Shown: in pieces, positions 1 through 9,431 of the stretch
Position numbering within the stretch: position 1 is the stretch's first letter
How the letters are laid out: each line of letters begins with the position of its first letter
NCBI GenBank assembly: GCA_965214605.1
Contig: OZ243961.1
Location: 2,784,001 to 2,848,000, forward strand
Reading direction: 5' to 3'
DNA: 64,000 nucleotides
From: an uncultured Candidatus Binatia bacterium
Lineage (GTDB): Bacteria; Desulfobacterota; Binatia; Bin18
Notes under the pieces: model-generated
The model's input: the letters and a program-made list of their open reading frames with translations, nothing else
Told to the model about the DNA's origin: nothing
Databases searched by the model: none
Position numbers and translations under genes: made by a program

Positions 1-1
1 C

Positions 2-1510
2 ACGACCGACGGCCAGCTGTTGCACTGGCAAGTCGAGGATCCGGCCGCGCCGCGTTTGATCCATAGCTTTCCCGTCGGCGACACCCGGAGCGTGTTCGCG
101 ACGACCCTGGGCTGGATCTTGGGCGAGCGCTCGGTCATGGTCGGCGATAACAGCGGCGGGGTGAGCGTCTGGTTTCAGGTCCGCGACCAAGACGCACCGC
201 GCGATAGCCCGTACCGTAAGATTCATGTCCTTCAATCCCATCCCGCCGCGTTGACGACGATGAAGCCGTCGGCTCGTAATAAAGGCTTTCTCACGGCCGA
301 TTCCCTCGGAAACATCCTGCTCCACCACGCCACCTCGGAGCAAACCCTGGTCGAACTGCACACCGACCGGGGAGCGGGAATTGAGATGTTGTCCTTTGCG
401 CCACGCGCCAACGGCGTCTTTGCCATTGATAGCCAGGCTACGCTGTTCGACTGGTCGCTTGATAACCCGCACCCCGAGATCACCCTGACTACCCTGTTTG
501 GCAAGGTGTGGTACGAGGGCTATCAAGAGCCCGATTATACCTGGCAGTCGAGCAGTGGAACCGATGATTTTGAGCCGAAGTTCAGCCTCTCGCCGCTGGC
601 CTACGGCACGATCAAAGGGACGTTTTACGCGCTCTTGCTCGCGATTCCGCTCAGCCTGTGCGGGGCGCTCTACACCTCTCAGTTCATGCATCCGAGCCTG
701 CGCAATGTGGTCAAGCCCTCGGTCGAGGTGATGGCCGCCCTGCCTAGTGTTGTCTTGGGTTTTTTTGCCGGACTGTGGTTGGCGCCGCTGGTGGCCGATA
801 TGATGCCGGCCATTTTTCTGATGCTGTTTGTCTTGCCGGGCGTGACCCTAGTCGCCGCCTTCGTCTGGCATATGGTCCCGCTGTCGGTCCGAAACACCCT
901 GAAACCGGGGATTGAGTTGGTCTTTCTGGCTCCGCTGCTAGTGCTGGTGGTGTACGCCTGTGTGGCTCTCAACGATCCGATAGAGGCCACCTTCTTTGCC
1001 AACGATTTTCCCCAGTGGCTGTACGCCACCACCGGCTCCCGCTACGACCCACGGAACTCGCTGATCGTCGGCTTTGCCATGGGCTTTGCCGTTATCCCCA
1101 TTATCTACACTATTTGTGAGGATGCTTTCTCAAACGTGCCCCAGCACTTGGTATCTGGTTCGCTAGCGCTGGGAGCAAACCGCTGGCAGACCGCGGTCCG
1201 GGTGGTCCTGCCAACGGCCAGCCCGGGGGTCTTTTCGGCGATCATGATCGGCTTTGGCCGGGCGGTGGGGGAAACCATGATTGTGTTGATGGCAACCGGT
1301 AACACGCCGGTCATGGATTTCGATCCGTTTAGCGGCTTTCGCGCCTTGTCGGCCAATATCGCGGTTGAGATTCCCGAGGCGCCCCACGGCGACACCTTGT
1401 ACCGGATCCTCTTTTTGGCCGCCCTGCTGCTGTTTGGGTTGACCTTTGTGCTGAATACCGCGGCCGAGGTGGTACGACAGAACCTACGCGAGCGTTACAG
1501 CAAGATCTGA
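2..1510 (+). CDS. pstC: Phosphate ABC transporter permease PstC, long form with N-terminal beta-propeller-like region; 5' end lies outside the window
   Basis: Frame is open from position 2. Motifs EPKFSLSPLAYGTIKGT, LAALPSVVLG-like and GRAVGETMIVLMATGN; first gene of the pstCAB-phoU cluster. Confidence 0.92.
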   Translation, partial: TTDGQLLHWQVEDPAAPRLIHSFPVGDTRSVFATTLGWILGERSVMVGDNSGGVSVWFQVRDQDAPRDSPYRKIHVLQSHPAALTTMKPSARNKGFLTADSLGNILLHHATSEQTLVELHTDRGAGIEMLSFAPRANGVFAIDSQATLFDWSLDNPHPEITLTTLFGKVWYEGYQEPDYTWQSSSGTDDFEPKFSLSPLAYGTIKGTFYALLLAIPLSLCGALYTSQFMHPSLRNVVKPSVEVMAALPSVVLGFFAGLWLAPLVADMMPAIFLMLFVLPGVTLVAAFVWHMVPLSVRNTLKPGIELVFLAPLLVLVVYACVALNDPIEATFFANDFPQWLYATTGSRYDPRNSLIVGFAMGFAVIPIIYTICEDAFSNVPQHLVSGSLALGANRWQTAVRVVLPTASPGVFSAIMIGFGRAVGETMIVLMATGNTPVMDFDPFSGFRALSANIAVEIPEAPHGDTLYRILFLAALLLFGLTFVLNTAAEVVRQNLRERYSKI

Positions 1511-1534
1511 GGATGGTTGGACTGAGGGAGGGCT

Positions 1535-3163
1535 GTGAATAAGTATTTCTGGAAGAGCGGCGATCCGTTTATCTGGCTGACCGGCGGAGCACTGGGTTTT
1601 AGTCTGCTCATGATCGTTGCCTTGCTCTGGATCGTGGCGGTCAACGCTTTGGGCTTTTTCTGGCCCGACCGGCTCCTAATGGCCCGCCTCAGCGATGGAA
1701 CCGAGTTAATGGGCCAGGTCCGTGACCACGAACAAATTCCCCAGACCGCAGACGGTCATGATGTCAAGTATCGGACCCAGTTTCAGGTTGCCAACCGCGA
1801 CCTCTACGGGGTGGATTTTCGCTGGATCAACGACGACCTGATCGTCGACCGCTGGTATCCGAAAGAGGCGATCTACTTTGAGCGTCTGGAGTGGGGGGCC
1901 TTGTTCGGCTTTCTCAGTTCGGTCAGCGTTGACGGTCAGGTGGTGGCAGAGGGCTTTGAGCAGAGTTGGCGGGCCTTCCAGGACCTCCACCCTCAGACAG
2001 AAGGCATCCGCCACCAGATTGAGCGTATCGAACGTCAGGAAGTCGGGAATATCAACTACGAGATTGAAAGGCTGCGCTTGCGTATTCGGGGCATTGAGCG
2101 ACGCGAAAATGACCCCCAACGCGCGACCGAGCGTATTCGTCCCCTTGAACAAGAGATGGCGGCCTGGCAGCAACGCTATGAGGAAATTGCCGAGCGGCTG
2201 TCGGCCCTGTATCAAAAAAACGCGCGCTACGAGATTGTGGTGCAGGCTGCCGGTGGAAAACACAAAAACCTGCCGCTTGCCCAAGTCGTCCGGGCCTTTC
2301 TACCCAACCAGCTGAGCTGGAGTGAGAAGGCCGAGCTGTATGCGACCAGACTCTGGGAGTTTGTTTGGGAAAATCCACGCGAGTCAAATACCGAAGGTGG
2401 TGTCTTCCCGGCCATTTTCGGTACGGTCATGATGGTCATCATCATGAGTATCGTGGTCGTCCCGTTCGGGGTGGTGGCGGCCCTGTATCTACGTGAATAC
2501 GCCCGACAAGGACCCCTCGTCCGTGCGGTACGGATTGCAGTCAACAACCTGGCCGGCGTGCCCTCAATTGTGTTTGGGGTGTTCGGCCTGGGCTTTTTCA
2601 TTTATCTGATCGGCGGGTCGATTGATTCCTTTTTCTATGAAGACGCCCTCCCGACCCCGACCTATGGGACCGGCGGGATCTTGTGGGCCTCGCTGACCCT
2701 GGCGCTGTTGACGGTGCCGGTTGTCATTGTCGCTACCGAAGAGTCCCTGTCGGCTATTCCGCGCGAGTGGCGCGAGGGCTCTTTAGCCTTGGGGGCTACC
2801 AAGTGGGAAACCCTGCGTAAGATCGTCATTCCCGGCGCCTTACCCGGTATTCTGACCGGAGCTATCCTGGCTATGGCACGCGGAGCCGGAGAAGTGGCGC
2901 CGCTGATGATTACCGGGGTGGTCAAGCTAGCCCCGAATCTGCCGCTCGATGGACACTGGCCATTTTTTCATCTAGACAGAAAATTTATGCACCTGGGGTT
3001 TCATATTTACGACGTCGGTTTTCAGTCGCCCAACGTCGAGGCGGCCAAGCCGATGGTATTTATGACGACCTTGTTGTTGATCGGCATTGTGATTGCCCTC
3101 AATCTTACCGCCATTATGGTACGTAACCGTCTGCGCAGTAAGCTCCGCTTTGGCACCTTCTGA
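1535..3163 (+). CDS. pstA: Phosphate ABC transporter permease PstA with a coiled-coil periplasmic insert
   Basis: [38 protein letters not shown] motifs; operon position. Confidence 0.95.
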   Translation: MNKYFWKSGDPFIWLTGGALGFSLLMIVALLWIVAVNALGFFWPDRLLMARLSDGTELMGQVRDHEQIPQTADGHDVKYRTQFQVANRDLYGVDFRWINDDLIVDRWYPKEAIYFERLEWGALFGFLSSVSVDGQVVAEGFEQSWRAFQDLHPQTEGIRHQIERIERQEVGNINYEIERLRLRIRGIERRENDPQRATERIRPLEQEMAAWQQRYEEIAERLSALYQKNARYEIVVQAAGGKHKNLPLAQVVRAFLPNQLSWSEKAELYATRLWEFVWENPRESNTEGGVFPAIFGTVMMVIIMSIVVVPFGVVAALYLREYARQGPLVRAVRIAVNNLAGVPSIVFGVFGLGFFIYLIGGSIDSFFYEDALPTPTYGTGGILWASLTLALLTVPVVIVATEESLSAIPREWREGSLALGATKWETLRKIVIPGALPGILTGAILAMARGAGEVAPLMITGVVKLAPNLPLDGHWPFFHLDRKFMHLGFHIYDVGFQSPNVEAAKPMVFMTTLLLIGIVIALNLTAIMVRNRLRSKLRFGTF

Positions 3164-3180
3164 AAGAGAGGTACGAGCGT

Positions 3181-4032
3181 ATGTCAAAAGACCTCCTGGC
3201 CTCGACTTCCGACGTCGTCGTTTTCCCTCCGGGCGAGCGCGGAAACGGGAAAGAGCCGCTCTCTTTGACGGCTGGCGCGGCGGTTGAAATTCGTATCCGA
3301 GACCTGAGTCTGCACTACGGGAGCAAGCAGGCCCTGTACAATATCGACATGGATATCGAACGGGAGAAAGTGACTGCCTATATCGGCCCGTCGGGGTGTG
3401 GCAAGTCGACCCTGCTGCGCTGCCTCAACCGGCTGAACGACCTGGTCGACGGGGTCAAGATGAGCGGTAGTATCAATATCGGCGGAACGGAAATACTCGA
3501 CCCCGGCTTGGATGTCACTGAGCTGCGCAAAAAAGTCGGCATGGTCTTCCAAAAACCCAACCCGTTTCCCAAAACAATTTACGAAAACATCGCCTATGGG
3601 CCACGCATTTTAGGGATCAGCCAGAAGGCGCGCTTAGACGACATTGTGGAGAAAAGCCTCAAGAACGCCGCCCTGTGGGAGGAGGTCAAAGACCGTCTGC
3701 ATGAAAATGCCCTGGCGCTGTCGGGCGGCCAGCACCAACGCCTCTGTATCGCTCGTACTATCGCGGTTGAGCCCGAGGTCGTGTTGATGGATGAACCTTG
3801 CTCGGCCTTGGATCCGATCGCCACCACAAAAATCGAAGAGTTAATCCACCAACTCAAACAAGACTACACCATTGTCATTGTCACCCATAATATGCAGCAG
3901 GCCGCGCGGGTGTCCGATTACACCGCCTTTCTGTATCTGGGCAAGCTGATCGAGTTTGGCAATACGGATAAGCTGTTCACCACCCCGGAGAAAAAAGAGA
4001 CCGAGGACTACATCACTGGCCGTTTCGGCTAG
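3181..4032 (+). CDS. pstB: Phosphate ABC transporter ATP-binding protein PstB
   Basis: [42 protein letters not shown]-terminal [10 protein letters not shown]. Confidence 0.97.
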   Translation: MSKDLLASTSDVVVFPPGERGNGKEPLSLTAGAAVEIRIRDLSLHYGSKQALYNIDMDIEREKVTAYIGPSGCGKSTLLRCLNRLNDLVDGVKMSGSINIGGTEILDPGLDVTELRKKVGMVFQKPNPFPKTIYENIAYGPRILGISQKARLDDIVEKSLKNAALWEEVKDRLHENALALSGGQHQRLCIARTIAVEPEVVLMDEPCSALDPIATTKIEELIHQLKQDYTIVIVTHNMQQAARVSDYTAFLYLGKLIEFGNTDKLFTTPEKKETEDYITGRFG

Positions 4033-4091
4033 AAAAGGGGATCGTGCTGCCACAAGCGGGACATGCCGATCACTTTTTATGTGAGGTGCCT

Positions 4092-4781
4092 ATGCCGTTA
4101 CATACCGATCGACAGTACGAGGAAGAGCTACAACAGCTGCGCGCCAAGGTGTTGGAGATGGGCGGACTCGTCGAAAAACAGATCGGCGATGCGATGACCT
4201 CGCTCACCCGGCGCGATTCTGAGTTAGCCAAACGGACGATTCCGCGTGACCATATGGTCAACTATCTGGATGTGACGATTGACGAGGCGTGTACACGCCT
4301 GCTGGCGCTCCATCAGCCGGCGGCACGGGATCTGCGCTTTATCATGACGAGCATGAAGATTGCGACCGATCTGGAACGGATCGGCGATATCGCCCAAAAC
4401 ATATGCGAACGGACGTTGGAACTCAATGAAGAGCCGCCCCTACACCCATACGTGGATCTGCCGCGTATGGCTGAGTGGGCGCGTTCAATGTTACGCGATA
4501 GCCTAGATGCCTTTGTCCGTGAGGATATTGAGCTGGCGCTCGACGTGTGTCAACGCGACGAGTTCATCGATCAGCAGACGGCCGAGGTGTTCAACCGTCT
4601 GTTGGGCCGGATGACACAAGAGCCCAAAACCGTCACCCGTTCCACCCGTATCTTGTTTCTGGCAAAGTACTTGGAACGTATCGCCGACCACGCAACCAAT
4701 ATCGGAGAGATGGTTGTCTATATGGCCAAGGGCAAGAACATTCGGCATATTTCGCCGGTGCCAAGCTCGGTCTCGCTGTAG
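4092..4781 (+). CDS. phoU: Phosphate signalling complex protein PhoU
   Basis: QPAARDLR, DLERIGD, YLERIADHATNI. Start taken at ATG 4092 after GAGGTG. Confidence 0.95.
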   Translation: MPLHTDRQYEEELQQLRAKVLEMGGLVEKQIGDAMTSLTRRDSELAKRTIPRDHMVNYLDVTIDEACTRLLALHQPAARDLRFIMTSMKIATDLERIGDIAQNICERTLELNEEPPLHPYVDLPRMAEWARSMLRDSLDAFVREDIELALDVCQRDEFIDQQTAEVFNRLLGRMTQEPKTVTRSTRILFLAKYLERIADHATNIGEMVVYMAKGKNIRHISPVPSSVSL

Positions 4782-4879
4782 TGCTGCGCTTGAGGGGGCA
4801 GGAGGTCACACGCAGACGAAACGATGACGGTCACCCATCTCGGGAAGGGGACTCCTCGTGCACTTTTGCGAAAGCCGCG

Positions 4880-5608
4880 ATGTCTGAGGCTACACGGAAA
4901 ATTCTGATTGTTGAGGATGAAGACGATATTCGCAGCCTGGTACGCTACAATTTGGAGGCCGAGGGCTTTACGGTTGTGGACACCAGCGATGGCGAACACG
5001 GCCTGCATCTGGCGGCCAAAGAGCGGCCGGCACTGATCATCCTTGACCTGATGTTGCCGGGCTTATCCGGGCTGGAGGTGTGTCGCCTGCTGCGTGCCCA
5101 AGAGGACACTGCTCGGGTGCCGATTCTGATTCTAACCGCCCGAGCCGACGAGCTTGACAAGGTCCTAGGGTTAGAGATCGGAGCCGACGACTACGTCACT
5201 AAACCGTTTAGCCCGCGTGAGTTGGTCGCCCGGGTGAAAGCGATTCTCCGTCGCTCATACGGGCAGCCGAATGAACGGCCCCACGAATATTATGAAAAGG
5301 GCTGGCTGCGGATTGATTTTGATACCTACGAGGTCATCCGCGGTGGCGAGCCGGTTGAGCTGGGTTTGCGCGAGTTTGATCTGTTGAAATTTTTTGTCCG
5401 TCATCCGCACCGTGTCTTTAGTCGGAGCCAAATCCTCGATTTGGTGTGGGGTCCTGACGTGTATGTCGAGCCCCGTACGGTCGACGTCCACATCCGGCGG
5501 CTGCGGCAGCGCGTTGAGCGCGATGCCCCTAAGCCGACGTTGATCCTGACCGTACGGGGAGTCGGCTACAAGTTTAATCCCGAGGCCTTGGAGAAAAAAG
5601 GTGGCTGA
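4880..5608 (+). CDS. phoB: OmpR/PhoB-family response regulator PhoB
   Basis: ILIVEDE, LDLMLPG, GADDYVTKPFSPREL, RTVDVHIRRLR. Real start is probably ATG 4880; the ORF-track 5' extension overlaps phoU. Confidence 0.9.
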   Translation: MSEATRKILIVEDEDDIRSLVRYNLEAEGFTVVDTSDGEHGLHLAAKERPALIILDLMLPGLSGLEVCRLLRAQEDTARVPILILTARADELDKVLGLEIGADDYVTKPFSPRELVARVKAILRRSYGQPNERPHEYYEKGWLRIDFDTYEVIRGGEPVELGLREFDLLKFFVRHPHRVFSRSQILDLVWGPDVYVEPRTVDVHIRRLRQRVERDAPKPTLILTVRGVGYKFNPEALEKKGG

Positions 5609-7223
5609 TGACGACCTGAGGAAGCGGAAGAGGTCATCGCCTCCCTCGTATCGACTGAGCACCGCCATTGTCGTGTTCCCAAGCCTGGCCTGTGCGGGGC
5701 TGTTGGGAATGGTGGGTTTTTACACCCTGCCCGAAGGCGGTCGCCCGGCCTGGCTGTGGTATGCGGCGCTTGGCTTGGGGCTGTTTGCGCTGTTGGGAGC
5801 TTTTTTCTTGGGTCGGAGCGTGGCGCGGTGTCTTGCTGGCTTGCAGGTCTGGGTCTCTGCCGCCCCGGAGGGCGTCCTGCCCCCCGGCCCGCTGGTGCGC
5901 AAAGCCGATGAGATCAGGAGTGTCGAAGACGCCCTCTCTCAGTTGCTGCAAGCGCAACGCGAACAGGTGCGACGTTTACACAACGCCCGCCACGTTCTTG
6001 AGGTGGTACTCCAGAGCATGACCGAAGGAGTCATCGTGCTGGACGCGAGCAGCCATATTCGTTTCTCCAACCGGGCCGCCCACGCACTCTTGGGCCTGCC
6101 TGAAGAGGTCGACTTTCAGGCCAAGCCCCTGGTGGACCTCTCCCGCCATCCTGCTCTCCACGACATGGTCCGGGCCGTGCTTGATAGCCCACCCGGGGCC
6201 GAGGCCCTGACCCAGGAGATTGAGATAGAGGGAGAGCAGGCCCGCTCGCTGGCGGTCAGCGCGATTCAGATGAACGTCTCTTCCCATTTCCTGCCCTGGC
6301 AAAAGAGGGATGGAGAGAGGAACGCGAGCAAGGCGGGCGATGATGATCCCTTCCTTGGCAAGATCGCCTCACCGACCTTGGCGGTGAGTGGGATCATTCT
6401 GGCTCTGCACGATCTAACCGAACTCAAACAGCTCGAAGCTGTCCGGGCCGATTTTGTGGCCAACGTCTCGCATGAGCTGCGCACCCCCCTGACCGCAATT
6501 AAGGGCTATGCCGAAACCCTGTTGAACGGGGCGCTCAACGATCTGCCTATCGTTACCCGCTTCCTGGCCATTATCGACCGTCACTCAGAGCGTCTCAGCC
6601 GTTTGATTGACGATCTGCTCACCCTGTCCGACCTTGAGCTAGGCAAAACCGAACTGCACCGCGACACGATTGTGTTGAGTCAGCTGATTGATGAGGTGTT
6701 CGAGCTGCTCAAAGACAAGGCCGCCAGCGGTCAGGTGCGGCTGAGTGCTGCGGTGCCGGAGTCCTTACCCGCGCTGTCTGGCGACGCCGACCGGCTCCAC
6801 CAGGTCCTGCTGAATCTCGTTGATAACGCTGTCAAATACACGCCCCCAGGTGGGTGGGTAACGGTCTCCGCTCGCACTGCAGCAACCTCGGACCTGAACG
6901 GCGACAACGTGGACGGTGAGAGCGACCCGAGTCTACAAGAGAGCATCGCCCACGTTGACGGGAGGGGCAATGGGCGGGCCGGCTCTGGCTGGCTGGAGGT
7001 AGCGGTTACCGATACCGGCTGCGGTATTCCTGCGGCTGATATTCCACGCCTGACCCAACGCTTTTACCGGGCCGATAAGGCTCGCTCACGGGAACTCGGT
7101 GGGACCGGACTCGGTCTGGCTATTGTCAAGCATATTGTCCAGGCTCACGGCGGATTTTTGCATATCGAGAGTCAGCTCGACAGAGGGACGACGATGCAGA
7201 TCTTTTTACCGTTCGACGGTTAG
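5601..7223 (+). CDS. phoR: Sensor histidine kinase PhoR (TM-HAMP-PAS-HisKA-HATPase)
   Basis: FVANVSHELRTPLT, NLVDNAVKY, DTGCGI, RFYRADKARSR, GGTGLGLAIVKH. Confidence 0.9.
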   Translation: MADDDLRKRKRSSPPSYRLSTAIVVFPSLACAGLLGMVGFYTLPEGGRPAWLWYAALGLGLFALLGAFFLGRSVARCLAGLQVWVSAAPEGVLPPGPLVRKADEIRSVEDALSQLLQAQREQVRRLHNARHVLEVVLQSMTEGVIVLDASSHIRFSNRAAHALLGLPEEVDFQAKPLVDLSRHPALHDMVRAVLDSPPGAEALTQEIEIEGEQARSLAVSAIQMNVSSHFLPWQKRDGERNASKAGDDDPFLGKIASPTLAVSGIILALHDLTELKQLEAVRADFVANVSHELRTPLTAIKGYAETLLNGALNDLPIVTRFLAIIDRHSERLSRLIDDLLTLSDLELGKTELHRDTIVLSQLIDEVFELLKDKAASGQVRLSAAVPESLPALSGDADRLHQVLLNLVDNAVKYTPPGGWVTVSARTAATSDLNGDNVDGESDPSLQESIAHVDGRGNGRAGSGWLEVAVTDTGCGIPAADIPRLTQRFYRADKARSRELGGTGLGLAIVKHIVQAHGGFLHIESQLDRGTTMQIFLPFDG

Positions 7224-7253
7224 GAACAGCCCGACGCGGCATTCGAGGTGCGG

Positions 7254-7895
7254 TCAGACTTCGTGTGCTGAACGTTCCAGCGCCTGCAGAATCAAGTCTG
7301 CCGTCCCTGATTGGCCCCACACGCTCGAATCAATCAACATGTGATAGCGGCTCGGGTTACGCCAATCATCGTGGTAGAAGGTATGGACATAGTCAGCGCG
7401 CAGACGATCCATGCCGGTAATTCGCCGCTCGGCTTCCTCGTGCAAGAGGCTCTCGACTTCCATCACCCGCTTGATACGGGTCTGGAGCGGGGCGACGAGA
7501 AAGACGTGCAGTGCAGTCGGCTGCTGGGCCAGGACATAATTCCCGCCTCGGCCGACAATAATCGCCTGTCCGCCCTCGGCCACCTCTTCAATCAGAGACC
7601 GGGTCATCCGGACGAGTTGGGCGTCGTTGAGCCACAGCGGCGGTGGAATGTCGTAGGCTGACTCAAAGCCGCCCATGCCGAACAGACCGACCATACGCTC
7701 AATAAAGGAATCGACCCGTTCGTCTTTGGAGTCGATATACTCTTCCGACACCTTGTACTGGGTGGCGATTTTGCGAACGATCTCCTTTTCCCACACAGTC
7801 CAGCCCAAGCGGCGGCCGAGGTCGTGAGCAATACGGCTCCCGCCACTGCCATACATGTGAGAAATAGTCAGGACCGACTTGGTTCCGCTAACCAT
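7254..7895 (-). CDS. Cytidylate kinase-like family protein
   Basis: LTISHMYGSGG N-terminal P-loop-like motif, IIVGRGG, and YHMLIDSS, typical of the Cytidylate_kin2 family. Confidence 0.8.
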   Translation of the reverse strand: MVSGTKSVLTISHMYGSGGSRIAHDLGRRLGWTVWEKEIVRKIATQYKVSEEYIDSKDERVDSFIERMVGLFGMGGFESAYDIPPPLWLNDAQLVRMTRSLIEEVAEGGQAIIVGRGGNYVLAQQPTALHVFLVAPLQTRIKRVMEVESLLHEEAERRITGMDRLRADYVHTFYHDDWRNPSRYHMLIDSSVWGQSGTADLILQALERSAHEV

Positions 7896-7991
7896 AGCGG
7901 CCTCCTTTTGAAGCAGAGAGATCGGCCATCATCACTCTCTGTGTTAGCATAACACACTGGTCTCGGGGAACGATGCCGACCACCCTGTGCA

Positions 7992-8582
7992 TCAGCCGTG
8001 CAGTTCCGTTGCGATAATGTAGGTTTCTGCCGAACTTTTGCGCGTCGCCTGGGGTTTACTCGTCTTGACCGTCGTAAAGCTGGTGCGCAGGTCTGCCAGC
8101 AAGGCTCTGTGACCACTATCCATAAACGCCTTGAGTAGGAAGGCTCCGCCCGGTCTGAGGAGGCGGGCGGTGCACGATACGGCAGCCCGACTGAGTTCCC
8201 GGCTACGCGTCTCGTCACGCTCACGGATTCCGCTCAGCTTTGGGGCCATATCGGACAGCAGGATATCGGCCGGTCCGTCGAGCAAGCTGAGCAGCTGGCG
8301 CTGTTGGGCCGGGTCGGTGGCATCGCCCTGGACCGCAGTCACATTGTCTGCCTTGAGAGGGGCGATGGGTTCCAGATCAATGCCGATGACCTTGCCCCGG
8401 GGACCGACGAGCTCAGCCGCCACCTGTAGCCAGCCACCGGGCCAGGCGCCGAGATCGATAACCCGCTGACCGGGCCGCAGCAGACCAAAGCTGTGACTGA
8501 GTTCGAGCAGTTTATAGGCGGCCCGCGAGCGATAGCCGGCCTGCTTGGCCTTTTTATAAAAGACGTCTTTCCGCTTGTACAC
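7992..8582 (-). CDS. rlmE: 23S rRNA Um2552 methyltransferase RlmE/FtsJ
   Basis: GYRSRAAYKL, DLGAWPGGW, SDMAP, KPQATRKSSAETY. Confidence 0.95.
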   Translation of the reverse strand: MYKRKDVFYKKAKQAGYRSRAAYKLLELSHSFGLLRPGQRVIDLGAWPGGWLQVAAELVGPRGKVIGIDLEPIAPLKADNVTAVQGDATDPAQQRQLLSLLDGPADILLSDMAPKLSGIRERDETRSRELSRAAVSCTARLLRPGGAFLLKAFMDSGHRALLADLRTSFTTVKTSKPQATRKSSAETYIIATELHG

Positions 8583-8593
8583 AGAGGGCGCTT

Positions 8594-9361
8594 TTACTTT
8601 GGTGCCATCCGAATCGCTCCATCAAGACGGATGGTCTCTCCGTTTAACATCACGTTTTCAACAATATGGCAGGCCAGCGCGGCGTATTCGGCCGGGGTGC
8701 CCAGGCGCTGGGGAAACGGAATACTGGCCCCCAGGGACTGTCGGGCCGCTTCGGGCAAACCCATCAGCATCGGAGTTTCAAAGATCCCCGGTGCAATCGT
8801 GCAGCAGCGTATGCCGTCCCGAGACAGGTCGCGGGCAATCGGCAGGGTCATGCCCACCACCCCGCCTTTTGAGGCCGAGTAGGCCGCCTGTCCGATTTGT
8901 CCGTCAAAGGCGGCAACCGAGGCGGTGTTAATGATCACGCCCCGTTCCCCGTCTGCCGTGGGTTCGTTTTTGGCCATCTGAGCGGCGGCAAGACGAATGG
9001 CGTTAAACGTCCCGATGAGGTTGACTTCAATAGTGCGTTTGAACGGGCCGAGGTCCAGAGGCGCGCCTTTGCCCAGAGTCCTGCCGGCGGTTGCAATACC
9101 GGCACAGTTGACCAACGCATGGATTGTGCCAAAGGCAGCGGCCGTCTTGTCAATGGCCGCCGCAATCTGGTCTTCGTCGGTCACGTCGGCCTCAACAAAC
9201 AGCGCGTTATCGCCCAGCTCTCGGGTAGTTGCTGCCCCGCGTGAACGACTAAGATCAAGGATGGCGACCTTGGCACCTTTGGCAATCAGGGCTCGGCTCG
9301 TGCCCTCTCCTAGTCCCGAACCACCACCGGTCACAACGGCAACAGTTTTTTGAATATCCAT
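8594..9361 (-). CDS. 3-hydroxyacyl-CoA dehydrogenase type II (HSD10-like SDR)
   Basis: [42 protein letters not shown]. Start set at ATG 9361 (MDIQKT). Confidence 0.9.
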   Translation of the reverse strand: MDIQKTVAVVTGGGSGLGEGTSRALIAKGAKVAILDLSRSRGAATTRELGDNALFVEADVTDEDQIAAAIDKTAAAFGTIHALVNCAGIATAGRTLGKGAPLDLGPFKRTIEVNLIGTFNAIRLAAAQMAKNEPTADGERGVIINTASVAAFDGQIGQAAYSASKGGVVGMTLPIARDLSRDGIRCCTIAPGIFETPMLMGLPEAARQSLGASIPFPQRLGTPAEYAALACHIVENVMLNGETIRLDGAIRMAPK

Positions 9362-9431
9362 CTCTCTCCTCTCGGCTATCAGTTTCCAGTTTCGCGTTCC
9401 CTGAGGCTCTTCGTTCCATCCGGGCTGCTTT

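Noticed and set aside
4800-4840. Two GGTCAC half-sites upstream of phoB as a possible Pho box
   Set aside because: The spacing is not the 11-bp direct-repeat period and the match to CTGTCAT is poor.
4547-4879. Apparent 111-aa N-terminal extension on PhoB
   Set aside because: Overlaps phoU in another frame; the receiver domain starts at ATG 4880.
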